Positions 32,005 through 41,432 are shown, numbered from the stretch's first letter. The stretch: 64,000 nucleotides of DNA from Treponemataceae bacterium (GCA_963678065.2 CAXXVZ010000005.1:64001-128000), one strand, 5' to 3'. Numbers and translations: made by a program. The notes: generated by a model from the letters alone, not told the origin.

Positions 32005-32817
32005 ATGTCGGCAAAACTCGGAATCATCGGAACCGGAAAACTCGGCGAGGCGATACTCGCGGGCATGTTCGCCCGCAAGCTCGTCGATCCGGGAGAAGTC
32101 ATCCTCTCGGTCCGGACCGAGAAGCACCGCGCCGACCTGGAAGCCCGCTACGGCGTCCGCGCAGTACTCGACAACAATATCATCGCCGCGGAGGCCCAGA
32201 CCATCATCGTCGCCGTCAAACCCAAGACAGTGACGGAGGTCCTGAGCCACATCGCCCCCCACCTCAGGGCGGGGCAGCTCATCATCTCGACGGTCGCGGG
32301 CGTCGTCCTCGACCACTTCGAGACGATGGTCCCCGGCACTGTCGGCGTCATCCGGAGCATGCCGAACATGGCCGTCGCTGTCGGCGAGGGCATGACCGTC
32401 CTCTCCCCGGGACGGGCCGTGACCGAAGCCCAGCTGGACTGGGCGCGCGAGATCTTCGGGTCTGTCGGCCGCGTCCTCGTCCTCGCGGAAGAGCACATGG
32501 ACGCCGTCACCGGACTGTCCGGATCGGGCCCCGCCTACGTCTACATCATCATCGAGTCGCTCGCGGACGGCGGGGTCAAGCTGGGCCTCCCGCGCGACGT
32601 GTCCATCGAGCTCGCCGCTCAGACCGTCCTCGGCGCGGCCAAGAACGTCATCGTCACCGGCGAGCACCCGGCCAAGCTCAAGGACCAGGTCACGACACCC
32701 GCCGGCGTCACCATCGACGGTATTCTCGAACTCGAGGAGGGCGGCCTGCGCGTCACCCTCATCAAGGCCGTCGTCAAGGCGGCGGAGAGGGCGAAGGCGC
32801 TGCTCAGGAAAAACTGA
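32005..32817 (+). CDS. proC: Pyrroline-5-carboxylate reductase
   Basis: AVKP, RSMPN, TGLSGSGPAY and LKDQVTTPAGVT. Confidence 0.95.
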   Translation: MSAKLGIIGTGKLGEAILAGMFARKLVDPGEVILSVRTEKHRADLEARYGVRAVLDNNIIAAEAQTIIVAVKPKTVTEVLSHIAPHLRAGQLIISTVAGVVLDHFETMVPGTVGVIRSMPNMAVAVGEGMTVLSPGRAVTEAQLDWAREIFGSVGRVLVLAEEHMDAVTGLSGSGPAYVYIIIESLADGGVKLGLPRDVSIELAAQTVLGAAKNVIVTGEHPAKLKDQVTTPAGVTIDGILELEEGGLRVTLIKAVVKAAERAKALLRKN

Positions 32818-32827
32818 CACTACGCCA

Positions 32828-33676
32828 TCAGGGGACGCCGCCATTCCGGTATTTTACCTGCGCCGTTCCCGCCGCATACCCATAGAGGGCGACGTAGTAT
32901 GTCGGATCAGGCGTGGAAAATACTTTGGATTTCTGGCCAAGCGAAGACGAAGTCTCATTCCCGACGAATACGCCGCTCGTGTCGAAGACATAGAGGTCCA
33001 GGTCGCCGGAAATGCGGTTGATGAAGAAGGTCGTCGTCCCGAGCGCTGCCGGCACCTTGTACCATTTCTCGCCGCGCAGCCCGAGACTCGCGGTGGACGA
33101 CCAGATGTTTTCCGTGCCCGTGAGATCTTCGACCAGGACGGGGATGCAATTCACCGTCGCGTATGAAGTGCTCCCGCCAGTTATCGTAATGCCGGAATTC
33201 CAGCCAATCGTCACGGGGTCGGAGCCATTGGCGTTGTTGTAGATCGATACCTTGAGCCAGTCGTAGCCGCCTGCGGGAATCTCCGAGATGCTCACGACGC
33301 CGAGGGTCGAACTCGTATTTATGGAAGTGGCGGGATAGCTCCAGGCCGAGAATGCCAAATTCGAACCCTTGTACAGTTCAAAGAGAACTTTGTCGGCCCG
33401 CACCCATGCCTTTGACGCGGCATCAACCGCTCCGGTCCGCTTCTGTGCCGCCTCGAGGGTCGACGGGGCCGCTATCTCGGGAGGTATACCCTCAGGCAGA
33501 GTGACGATTCCCCTCGAAGAACTGAGGGGTTCCAGGCTGACGGCGAGACTCCCCTTCGTCGAGGGATCGATGATGATAGTGCAGCCAGCGCTCACAAGCG
33601 CCACAGCAGCCATGGCTGCGAGGAGAAGGACCGGGCGTACATGACGGCGCGCCCTTGATTCCGAAACGGTTTTCAT
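32828..33676 (-). CDS. Hypothetical lipoprotein
   Basis: Signal peptide ending in SAGC; beta-rich, with a PPC-like 'GDLDLYVF' C-terminus. Confidence 0.7.
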   Translation of the reverse strand: MKTVSESRARRHVRPVLLLAAMAAVALVSAGCTIIIDPSTKGSLAVSLEPLSSSRGIVTLPEGIPPEIAAPSTLEAAQKRTGAVDAASKAWVRADKVLFELYKGSNLAFSAWSYPATSINTSSTLGVVSISEIPAGGYDWLKVSIYNNANGSDPVTIGWNSGITITGGSTSYATVNCIPVLVEDLTGTENIWSSTASLGLRGEKWYKVPAALGTTTFFINRISGDLDLYVFDTSGVFVGNETSSSLGQKSKVFSTPDPTYYVALYGYAAGTAQVKYRNGGVP

Positions 33677-33826
33677 CGCGGTGAACTCCCTTGTCGTATG
33701 CTTCACTACAATATACCGCCATTTCCCGGACTTTTCAGTTCAGACTCGGGTCGGGCCCCAGCGCGACAGGCCGTGGCGCCGCAAGCTCAAGGCGTAGCTG
33801 TGACACAGCGAGCGTGAGCGCAGGCT

Positions 33827-34621
33827 TTAGGCGTAGCTGTGAAGTCCCGAGAGGAGGAAGTTCACGCCGAAGAAGGTGAAGACCGTGCACAAAAAACCGA
33901 TGACGGAAACCCAGGCGGGGAGCAGTCCGGTCTTTCGCTTGATGAAGCGGATGTGCAGATAGAAGGTGTAGATGAGCCAGGTGACGAGGGCCCAGGTTTC
34001 CTTCGGATCCCAGGACCACCAGACTCCCCAGGCCTGCTCGGCCCAGATGGCGCCGAAGACCAGGGCCCCCGCCGTGAAGATCGGGAAACCGACAGCGATG
34101 GCCGTGTAGGTTATGCGATCGAAATCGGGGCGCTTCCTTTCATCCCGCGTGAAGATATAGGCCAGGGAGGCGACGAACCCGGCCACGAAGAAGGCCTCTC
34201 CGACAAAGGAGAGCGCCACGTGGGCGACGAGCCAGCCGGAGCGCAGAGCGGGGATCGGCGCGAGGAGATCCTTGGGAGCGAGAGGTGAGCTCGCGACAGC
34301 GAGGAGAACGAGGGCGACGACAGTCGCGCCGAACTGCACGAAGGGCAGGAAAATAAAGCGCTTCTGTGTCCGGTAAGCGAATCCCATCAGGCAGACGAAA
34401 CCCGAATAGAAGACCAGGGACTCGAATGTGCCGGTCAGGGCGGGGAATCCGATCCTGAACGAGCGGTCGGCGATGACGGCAGCGAGAAGCGCGGCAGCGC
34501 CGAGTAGGAGAAAACGGGATGCAGGCTCTCTCTCCCCTCCTTCCTTGCGGAAGAGGAATACCGCCTGGACTGCGGCAGAGGCGAGTATCAGCAGGATTGC
34601 GATGGTCGGCAGGCTGTTCAT
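33827..34621 (-). CDS. ccsA: Cytochrome c biogenesis protein CcsA/ResC (system II)
   Basis: GAIWAEQAWGVWWSWDPKETW (WWD domain) and C-terminal GLHSYA. Confidence 0.95.
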   Translation of the reverse strand: MNSLPTIAILLILASAAVQAVFLFRKEGGEREPASRFLLLGAAALLAAVIADRSFRIGFPALTGTFESLVFYSGFVCLMGFAYRTQKRFIFLPFVQFGATVVALVLLAVASSPLAPKDLLAPIPALRSGWLVAHVALSFVGEAFFVAGFVASLAYIFTRDERKRPDFDRITYTAIAVGFPIFTAGALVFGAIWAEQAWGVWWSWDPKETWALVTWLIYTFYLHIRFIKRKTGLLPAWVSVIGFLCTVFTFFGVNFLLSGLHSYA

Positions 34622-35553
34622 GGCTTCATGTCTCCGAGTTTCTGGATGAAGGTGAGAAAGAGTCCCACCACGACGAAGATGAGGGCGGCGAGAATGACAG
34701 GATACCCGGGATCGACGACGGCGTGGAGGCCGGTGATATCCGAGTCTTTCATCCCGGAGATGAGGAAGGGCCCGGCCCTGTCTCCGGCAGCGACGCGGAG
34801 GACATCGGTCTTTTCGCCCGATTTGAGGCGGATCACGGCCTTTCCCTTTCCGTCGTCGGCGGCCATGAAGTAGAGACTGGAGCCTCCGTCGGAGAACTCA
34901 CCGCCCTGGTCGAGCAGATGCTCCTTCCCGGCGGAATCCGCGACCGAGAGGGCGCGCTTCGCGCTATGCGAGAACTGGTAGAGGCTCATGGTGCCGAGCT
35001 TCAGGGGATGGTTGACGCGGATGGCGTAGCCTTCCTTCTCGATCTTCCCGTCCTTCATGACGCTCACGGTGGAAGTCCAATCCTTGGGCCGCCCGTCGTC
35101 GTAGGTCTCGTAGCTGAAGTCCGTCAACTCGAGGACGCGTGACTCGGGCATCTCGACCTTGTCGCCGACGGAGAGGCTCACCGACCCTTCCTGTTTGCCG
35201 GAGAAAGAGACGACGGAGCCGATCACGAGGATCATGAGGCCGAGGTGGAGAATGTCGGGACCGTGCCTGCGTCGACCTTTTTTCCGCAATTCGCGTAAAA
35301 GCCTGTCGATGGTGCAGACAGAGAGGTTGACGAAGAAGGCAAGGACCGGAATCAGGAAGAGGATCGAGGTGAAAAAGCGGGAAAATCCCGTCTGCACGAT
35401 GAGTTCGCCGAGGAGCCTTCCGTACTTTGCGGTGTAGGCCCCGGCATCCAGTCCCTGGGGAATGAGGGTCGCGAGGATTCCTGTCAAGGCGAGCCAGGCG
35501 ATGAGGAAGACAGCGAGCTTCATCGATTTGAGGGATTTGAAGAGTCGTTCCAC
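34618..35553 (-). CDS. resB: Cytochrome c biogenesis protein ResB/CcsB
   Basis: SMKLAV, TLIPQ, NLSVCT, LHLG, VNHPL and DPGYPV; GTG start assumed. Confidence 0.88.
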   Translation of the reverse strand: MERLFKSLKSMKLAVFLIAWLALTGILATLIPQGLDAGAYTAKYGRLLGELIVQTGFSRFFTSILFLIPVLAFFVNLSVCTIDRLLRELRKKGRRRHGPDILHLGLMILVIGSVVSFSGKQEGSVSLSVGDKVEMPESRVLELTDFSYETYDDGRPKDWTSTVSVMKDGKIEKEGYAIRVNHPLKLGTMSLYQFSHSAKRALSVADSAGKEHLLDQGGEFSDGGSSLYFMAADDGKGKAVIRLKSGEKTDVLRVAAGDRAGPFLISGMKDSDITGLHAVVDPGYPVILAALIFVVVGLFLTFIQKLGDMKP

Positions 35554-35667
35554 GGATTTCCGCCTTGAGGAATCGAGAGATCGTCGGTGCAAAAATGATA
35601 GTCGCCGCCTCATGGACCTGTCAACAACAATTCGATGATAAAGATAGAATTTTATCAACATATCGAG

Positions 35668-35696
35668 TTTACAATATTATATCACGGGTGTATGAT
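35668..35696 (+). promoter_or_regulatory. Sigma70-type promoter of the cytochrome operon
   Basis: TTTACA-N17-TATGAT; inverted repeat TGATAAA-N8-TTTATCA just upstream (35636-35657). Confidence 0.65.
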
Positions 35697-35728
35697 TCAG
35701 ATATAAATCTATACAAAGGAGGTATGCC

Positions 35729-36946
35729 ATGAAACGGATGACTGCGCTTGCAGTCTTCGCGCTCGCGGGTCTGGCGGCTTACGCCGCCGAATCGACCTGC
35801 GTCACCTGCCACACAGACAGCGAGACCATGAAATCGCTCTTCGTGCCGCCGGCGATGAGCGCGTCCGAAGGCGAGGGCTGAGCGGGAACTCCTCCCCCGG
35901 TCCGGGCGGATGAACTTTACCTGGGATTCGTCGTCGACAAGTCCCTTCTGGAAACCGATCCACATCTCAAAAATGACTGCACGTTCTGCCACAAAGGCGA
36001 CCCGACGGCTTCCGACAGGAGCCTCGCGCACGCGGGCGTGAACAAGCGTCCCTCCGACGACCTTGCGACCTGCGGGACATGTCACGAGGAGACAGTCAAA
36101 ACCTACAAACTCTCCCTCCACTACACGACAGCGGGCATGAAGAGCGGGGTGAATCCCCGGTTCTCCGGCGCGGAAGCCTCGGTCTACGATCAGAAGGTCT
36201 TCGAGCAGTCCTGTCGCTCCTGCCACGCGTCATGCGGCGACTGTCACGTCAAGAGCCCCACCATCTCCGGCGTCGATCTCGGTCTCATGGCCGGACACAA
36301 ATTTGTAAAGAAAGACGAGTCGAAGACCTGCGCGCTCTGCCACGGCGGACGCGTCTACCCCGAGTTCACGGGCGAATACGGCGGCAACGCCGATGTCCAC
36401 TACCAAAAAGGCATGTCCTGCACGGACTGCCACTCAGAGTCCGAAATTCATGCCAGCTCCGGAGCACAGAGCGACAGGCGCGCCGTTTCCGACAAGCCGT
36501 CCTGCGTGAAGTGCCACGCTCCCGGGACGGAGAAGACCGAAAAGGCGAGAACCGCGCACGCCGACCACGGCGATATGGTCTCCTGTTCCGCCTGCCACAG
36601 CTCGGCGGAGTACCGCGGCTGTGCATCCTGCCATCTCGGCGAAGGCGCTACATCGAGCCCCATGTTCATGCTCGGCGACAATCCGAGGAAACCCGGCCAG
36701 CTCACCACGCTGCGCCTCGTTCCCACGGTCCGCGACACGTTCAAGAAGGTCGGTATCGTCCAGGAAAACTTCGATTCGATGCCCAATCTCTGGGATACCG
36801 TTCCGCACAACACGCGCAAGCGCACCGAGCGCACGCGCGACTGCTCTGTCTGCCACTCGGAGAAGCGGAACGTCCTCACCGAGGAAACGCTCCCGAAGGG
36901 CGGATCCGAGGCCAACAAGAAACTCATTTTCGAGTTCATGTATTGA
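35729..36946 (+). CDS. Secreted 11-heme c-type cytochrome, predicted selenoprotein (Sec51), 405 aa
   Basis: AAGGAGG RBS, signal peptide, CVTCH, then in-frame TGA at 35879-35881 after GEG. The same frame continues without stops into ORF 36038..36946; 11 CxxCH motifs in total. Confidence 0.88.
35882..35912 (+). promoter_or_regulatory. Candidate bacterial SECIS hairpin
   Basis: TCCTCCCCCGGTCCGGGCGGA can fold with a small G-containing apical loop about 17-20 nt after the TGA. Confidence 0.6.
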
Positions 36947-36965
36947 ATTTTCAAGGAGAAAAACG

Positions 36966-37844
36966 ATGAAGAAGCTGTTTGCCATCCTCGTGCTCGCCGC
37001 CTGCCTCGCGCCGGCTGCCTTCGCAAGAGACATCGATCCCGTAGTCTCGGCCGCGTGGCTGGAGTCCAACCTCGCCAACCCCAACCTCGTCGTCATGGAC
37101 GTCCGCTCGGTGGAGAACTACAAGGCCGGCCACATTCCCGGCGCCGTCAATGTCATAGGGGCCAGTCTCTATGTGAAGAAGGGCGAGATCAACAACGAGG
37201 TGCCCGAGATGGATGAGCTCTCGGATACCCTCTCCGCGGCCGGAGTCAAGGCCGACTCCTGGATCGTCGTCGTCGAAACCGACGGCTCCCGCCTCGCCTG
37301 GTCCACGCGCGTCGCCTGGACTCTGAAATACGTCGGGATCGAGAACGTCGCCTTCCTCGACGGCGGCTACGCGGCCTGGACCAAGGCCGCCAAGCCCGTC
37401 TCCAAGGACGCGGTCACGAAGTCAGGCGGCTACACCGCCAAGGCGGTTCCCGCCTACTTCGCGGACAAGGCCCAGGTCCTTGCGGCAAAAGACGCTCAGA
37501 TCGTCGATGCGCGCACCTACGATACCTACTTCGGACTCGTCAGGCAGTCCTTCGTCGCTCAGGCCGGACACTTCCCCGGCGCGTATTCTCTCCCCTACAC
37601 CTGGATCCTCAACGCCGACAACATGGTCAAGTCCAAGGCCGACCTGGCCGCCTACGCCGCGAAGCTCGGACTCGACCCCTCCATCGAGACCATCGTCTAC
37701 TGCGACTCGGGCGTCCTGTGCACCGCCTGGTGGTATGCCTTCTCCGAGATACTCGGCTGGAAGAATGTCAGGAGCTTCGACGGATCCTCCCAGGTTCTCA
37801 CCGCCGATCCATCAGTCAAGTATGTGGCTCTGACCTGGCGCTGA
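36966..37844 (+). CDS. Secreted tandem-domain rhodanese/sulfurtransferase; may extend to 37928 by TGA read-through
   Basis: Signal peptide, GHIPGA, LDGGY, VDART, GHFPGA and active-site YCDSG. Confidence 0.92.
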   Translation: MKKLFAILVLAACLAPAAFARDIDPVVSAAWLESNLANPNLVVMDVRSVENYKAGHIPGAVNVIGASLYVKKGEINNEVPEMDELSDTLSAAGVKADSWIVVVETDGSRLAWSTRVAWTLKYVGIENVAFLDGGYAAWTKAAKPVSKDAVTKSGGYTAKAVPAYFADKAQVLAAKDAQIVDARTYDTYFGLVRQSFVAQAGHFPGAYSLPYTWILNADNMVKSKADLAAYAAKLGLDPSIETIVYCDSGVLCTAWWYAFSEILGWKNVRSFDGSSQVLTADPSVKYVALTWR

Positions 37845-37928
37845 GCCCGGACGGCGACGGTCCGGTACTGCTACTCCTGTCATCACGCCGAGACCCTCGT
37901 CAACTGCAACAAGTGCCACAAGGAGTGA
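37845..37928 (+). other. In-frame 27-codon two-heme segment ARTATVRYCYSCHHAETLVNCNKCHKE
   Basis: Two CxxCH motifs directly after the rhodanese TGA; no ATG or RBS of its own. Confidence 0.7.
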
Positions 37929-37988
37929 GGCGGCCGGGCACTGCGGAGGACTAAAAACTCCAAAGGCTCTGTCACAGAGACGATTGTC

Positions 37989-38022
37989 GATGAGGGGCCG
38001 GCCGCAAAGCCGGCCCCTCATC
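37989..38022 (+). terminator. 14-bp perfect hairpin closing the cytochrome-rhodanese unit
   Basis: GATGAGGGGCCGGC/GCCGGCCCCTCATC; no T-tract. Confidence 0.55.
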
Positions 38023-38063
38023 ATCGAGGCCATTCCGGTCTTGGCCATCCCGGACAGGAAAGC

Positions 38064-38093
38064 TTGACCCCGCATCCGGAGTGCGGCTAGTAT
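38064..38093 (+). promoter_or_regulatory. Putative promoter of selCAB
   Basis: TTGACC-N18-TAGTAT, 7 nt before the tRNA. Confidence 0.55.
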
Positions 38094-38100
38094 CGCCTGC

Positions 38101-38189
38101 GGAAGCAGACGGGGTCTGGTGGCTCCCGCGGTCTTCAAAACCGTTGGCCGCGCCTTGCGCGGCGGCAGGTCCGATTCCTGCCTCTTCCG
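38101..38189 (+). tRNA. selC: tRNA-Sec (UCA)
   Basis: GGAAG 5' end, 6-bp D-stem with 4-nt loop, anticodon loop CTTCAAA, long variable arm, T-arm GCAGG-TCCGATT-CCTGC; adjacent to selA. Confidence 0.95.
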
Positions 38190-38223
38190 ATCACCATGAC
38201 CGGCACCCGCCGAGGCAGAAAGC

Positions 38224-39672
38224 ATGACAGAACCATCCAGAGATATCCGTTTGCCCCAGATCGGCAGGATTCTCGAGAATCCGGATATCGCCGCGTTTTT
38301 TCCCCTCATCTCGCGTCCTTTGACCGCAAAGTCGGTGGCCGAAACGGTGGCGCGCATCCGCGCCTCAGCCCTGGCAGGCTCCGTTTCAGTCTCCGATACC
38401 GAAGTCATCGGACGCTGCGTCGACGACTGCCGCGCCCTCGCATCCAGACGACTCAGGCCTGTGCTCAACGCGACGGGCATCCTCCTTCACACGAACCTCG
38501 GCCGTTCGCCTTTGAGCGAGGGCGCGTGGGAGAAAGCCCGGCGGATAAATACAGGCTACTCGAACCTCGAGTTCGACCTCGGGGCGGGAGAACGGGGAAG
38601 GCGCGGGGGTCTCGCGCCTGAATTGGCCGCCCTTCTTTCGGGAGCCGAATCCGCCCTCATCGTCAACAACAACGCGGCCGCAGTGCTCCTCGCGCTCGGA
38701 ACTCTCGCCGCGGGTCGCGAAGTCATCGTCTCACGAGGGGAGCAGGTTCAGATCGGCGGCGGGTTCCGCATCCCGGAGATCCTCGCCCTGTCCGGCGCGA
38801 AACTCGTCGAGGTGGGAACGACGAATGTCACCACGGTCGACGACTACCTTCAGGCCCTCGGGCCGGAGACTGCCGCCGTCCTCGTGGTTCACAGCTCCAA
38901 CTTCGCGATCCGCGGATTCACCAGGAAGGCGGCGCTCGCCGACTTGGTCGGGGCGCTCCCCTCCCGCGTTCCCGTCATCGCCGATCAGGGATCGGGATGC
39001 ACCACAGAGCGCATCGAAGGCGAGATCCCGGTTTCGCGGTACATCGCGGACGGAGCAGCCCTCGTCTGTTTTTCCGGGGACAAGCTCGCGGGCGGACCCC
39101 AGGCGGGCATAATCGCGGGCCGCAGCGACCTCGTCGCGGCCTGCGCGCGTCATCCGCTCATGCGGGCGTTCCGACCCGGGAAAACCATCCTGTCGCTTCT
39201 GGAGCAGAGACTCGTCGAGATTCTCTCCGGAGTTCCCGCTCCGGCTTCGCCGCGGGATGCGGCCGGGCTCGAGACCTTCGGCGCGGCGATCCTCGCCGGA
39301 TTGCCAGGGGGAACGGCGCGCCTCGTCCCCTCTGTCGCGTCCACGGGAGGCGGAACGAGTCCGGACGAAGGATTTCCTTCGCGCGCGCTCGAACTGCTTC
39401 CACCGCTCGCCGCGCAGCGCCTTCTCGAAGCATTCCGGCAGGGCGATCCACCGCTCGTCGCGTGCGTGCGTGCGGGAAAGATTCGGCTCGACCTCGCGTC
39501 GCTGCGCGGCGAAGACCCGCGGCTCGTCGCACAGCTCATCATGGAGGCCCTCGCCTCCTGCGACAGCGATGCCCCATCGGGGAAGCGCGCCGACTCCGCC
39601 TGTTTCGACGTCTGTCATTCTTCTCCGCTCAGGGTTGGCGGCCCGGCGTCGGGTCCGGTCACAGGAGACTGA
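38224..39672 (+). CDS. selA: L-seryl-tRNA(Sec) selenium transferase
   Basis: VLNATGILLHTNLGRSPL, YSNLEFDL, VNNNAAAV, IGGGFRIP, EVGTTN and FSGDKL.GGPQAG. Confidence 0.95.
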   Translation: MTEPSRDIRLPQIGRILENPDIAAFFPLISRPLTAKSVAETVARIRASALAGSVSVSDTEVIGRCVDDCRALASRRLRPVLNATGILLHTNLGRSPLSEGAWEKARRINTGYSNLEFDLGAGERGRRGGLAPELAALLSGAESALIVNNNAAAVLLALGTLAAGREVIVSRGEQVQIGGGFRIPEILALSGAKLVEVGTTNVTTVDDYLQALGPETAAVLVVHSSNFAIRGFTRKAALADLVGALPSRVPVIADQGSGCTTERIEGEIPVSRYIADGAALVCFSGDKLAGGPQAGIIAGRSDLVAACARHPLMRAFRPGKTILSLLEQRLVEILSGVPAPASPRDAAGLETFGAAILAGLPGGTARLVPSVASTGGGTSPDEGFPSRALELLPPLAAQRLLEAFRQGDPPLVACVRAGKIRLDLASLRGEDPRLVAQLIMEALASCDSDAPSGKRADSACFDVCHSSPLRVGGPASGPVTGD

Positions 39673-39676
39673 GAGG

Positions 39677-41290
39677 ATGCCTGTCGTCGGGACGAGCGGC
39701 CATGTGGATCACGGCAAGACGACCCTCATCGCAGCCCTGACCGGCGTCGACACAGACCGCTTGCCCGAGGAAAAAGCCCGCGGCATGACCACGGATCTCG
39801 GTTTCGCCCATTTTGCAGACTCGCAGGGCAATCCCGTCGGCATCATCGATGTGCCGGGCCACGAACGGTACATGCGCAACATGTCCGCCGGAGCTTTCGG
39901 CATCGATGGCGCCATCCTCGTCGTCGCCGCGAACGACGGCTGGATGGAACAGACGGGGCGACATCTCCAGATTCTCGAGGCTAACAAGGTTCCAATCCTC
40001 GCTGTCGCCCTGACGAAGGTCGACCTCGTCGCTCCCGACCGCGTGAAGGAAGTCGGCGAGGATATCGCGCGCAGGTTGCATCGTTCGCCCTCGGGGTCGA
40101 TTCCGGGTCCTGCGCAGCCCTCACCGGCGGGAGTAGAGAAGGAACTGCGGCGCCCGGCCGTATGTCCGGTCGACGCCGTGCGTGGCCTGGGTCTCGATGA
40201 ACTGAAATCAGCCGTTCTCGGCGGTCTCTCCCGTCTCGGGCCGCGCCCTTTCCCGACGGGTCCCTTGCTCTTCATCGACCGGGTCTTCCCGCTGAAGGGG
40301 ATTGGCGTTGTCGTCGCGGGGAGTCTTCGGGGCGGTCAGCTGAGGCAGGACGATGAACTCTTCCTCTATCCCTCCGGAGAGAAGCTGAACCTGCGGGGCC
40401 TTCAGGCATACGGACTGCCGGTCAGAGAGGCGCCCGAAGGCTCGCGGGTCGCGCTGGCCCTCTCGCGCCCCCGCGCGGAACCGCGCCGGGGTGACTGCGT
40501 CGCTTCCGCAAAGGCCGGCATCGTGGCAGCGCACTCCGTCTTCTTGCGGACCCGCCCTCCTCAAGGCGAGATGCCGGGTGCCGGCCGCCTGCGCGCCGGC
40601 ATGGAAGTCGAACTGTCAGCGGGCACCGCGAACAGGATCGCGACACTCTACCCATCGCGCGTTCCCGGCGTCCTCCATCTCGCGTGGACAGGAGAGCTCG
40701 CGCTGTACCGCGATGAGACTGTCATCGTATTGCGACATGGAGGCGCCGATATTCTCGCCTCGGGAAACATCGCGGCATTCGGAGGCGACTCGGCTCCCGG
40801 ACGTCGCCGGATCGAAGAGGAGCTGAGACAGAGCCTTCTGCCAACCTCTCCAGAGCTCTCTGTTCCGGCAAAGGGCACGAAGCTGTCCCCGGCAAGGCCT
40901 CTCCAGCGGGAGGTCCCTCCCCTCGCCCCATCGGCCCTCCAGGTACTCGGGCAGCTTCGCTCGGCCGGGGAACCGGGCATCGACGCTGAGACACGGCCTG
41001 TGCCCGGACTTCGCGCGGATCTTTCGGCGCTCTGCGCGCAAAACCTTGCCCTGAGCCTCGATGCGGGCCTGTTCATGGAAACTGGCCGCTACCACATCCT
41101 GACGGCGGCCATCCTCAGAGGGCGCGGGCCAGGCAGCGGCTTCGGCATCAAGGAAGCGAAAGACGCCACCTCGCTGTCGAGAAAATGGATCATTCCGCTC
41201 CTCAATCGCATGGAGAGGGACGGCTATGTCAAACGCGCGGGCGACACGAGAATCGTGACCGGGAAAGCGCCAGGACCTGAATCGGCCTGA
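39677..41290 (+). CDS. selB: Selenocysteine-specific elongation factor
   Basis: GHVDHGKT, TDRLPEEKARGMTTDLGF, DVPGHERY, TKVD and C-terminal winged helix SRKWIIPLL. Confidence 0.93.
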   Translation: MPVVGTSGHVDHGKTTLIAALTGVDTDRLPEEKARGMTTDLGFAHFADSQGNPVGIIDVPGHERYMRNMSAGAFGIDGAILVVAANDGWMEQTGRHLQILEANKVPILAVALTKVDLVAPDRVKEVGEDIARRLHRSPSGSIPGPAQPSPAGVEKELRRPAVCPVDAVRGLGLDELKSAVLGGLSRLGPRPFPTGPLLFIDRVFPLKGIGVVVAGSLRGGQLRQDDELFLYPSGEKLNLRGLQAYGLPVREAPEGSRVALALSRPRAEPRRGDCVASAKAGIVAAHSVFLRTRPPQGEMPGAGRLRAGMEVELSAGTANRIATLYPSRVPGVLHLAWTGELALYRDETVIVLRHGGADILASGNIAAFGGDSAPGRRRIEEELRQSLLPTSPELSVPAKGTKLSPARPLQREVPPLAPSALQVLGQLRSAGEPGIDAETRPVPGLRADLSALCAQNLALSLDAGLFMETGRYHILTAAILRGRGPGSGFGIKEAKDATSLSRKWIIPLLNRMERDGYVKRAGDTRIVTGKAPGPESA

Positions 41291-41432
41291 AGTCGACAAC
41301 CTCGCGGCGAACTGCGGAGGTATGAAACCCGTCTGCGAATGAACAACATGTCCAGGCCCTGATTGTCGCGCCGGAGCGCGATATTGTCTCGTTCAGATCG
41401 GGGAATCGGTTTCCATATAGCAGGGAGAAAAA

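Noticed and set aside
33790..33842. 14-bp direct repeat AGGCGTAGCTGTGA duplicating the ccsA 3' end
   Set aside because: It could be an integration scar, but the copies are only 39 bp apart, and I saw no integrase or partner repeat at the far end of the module.
36038..36946. 302-aa cytochrome ORF as a standalone gene
   Set aside because: No signal peptide or RBS; better explained as the 3' part of the TGA-containing gene starting at 35729.
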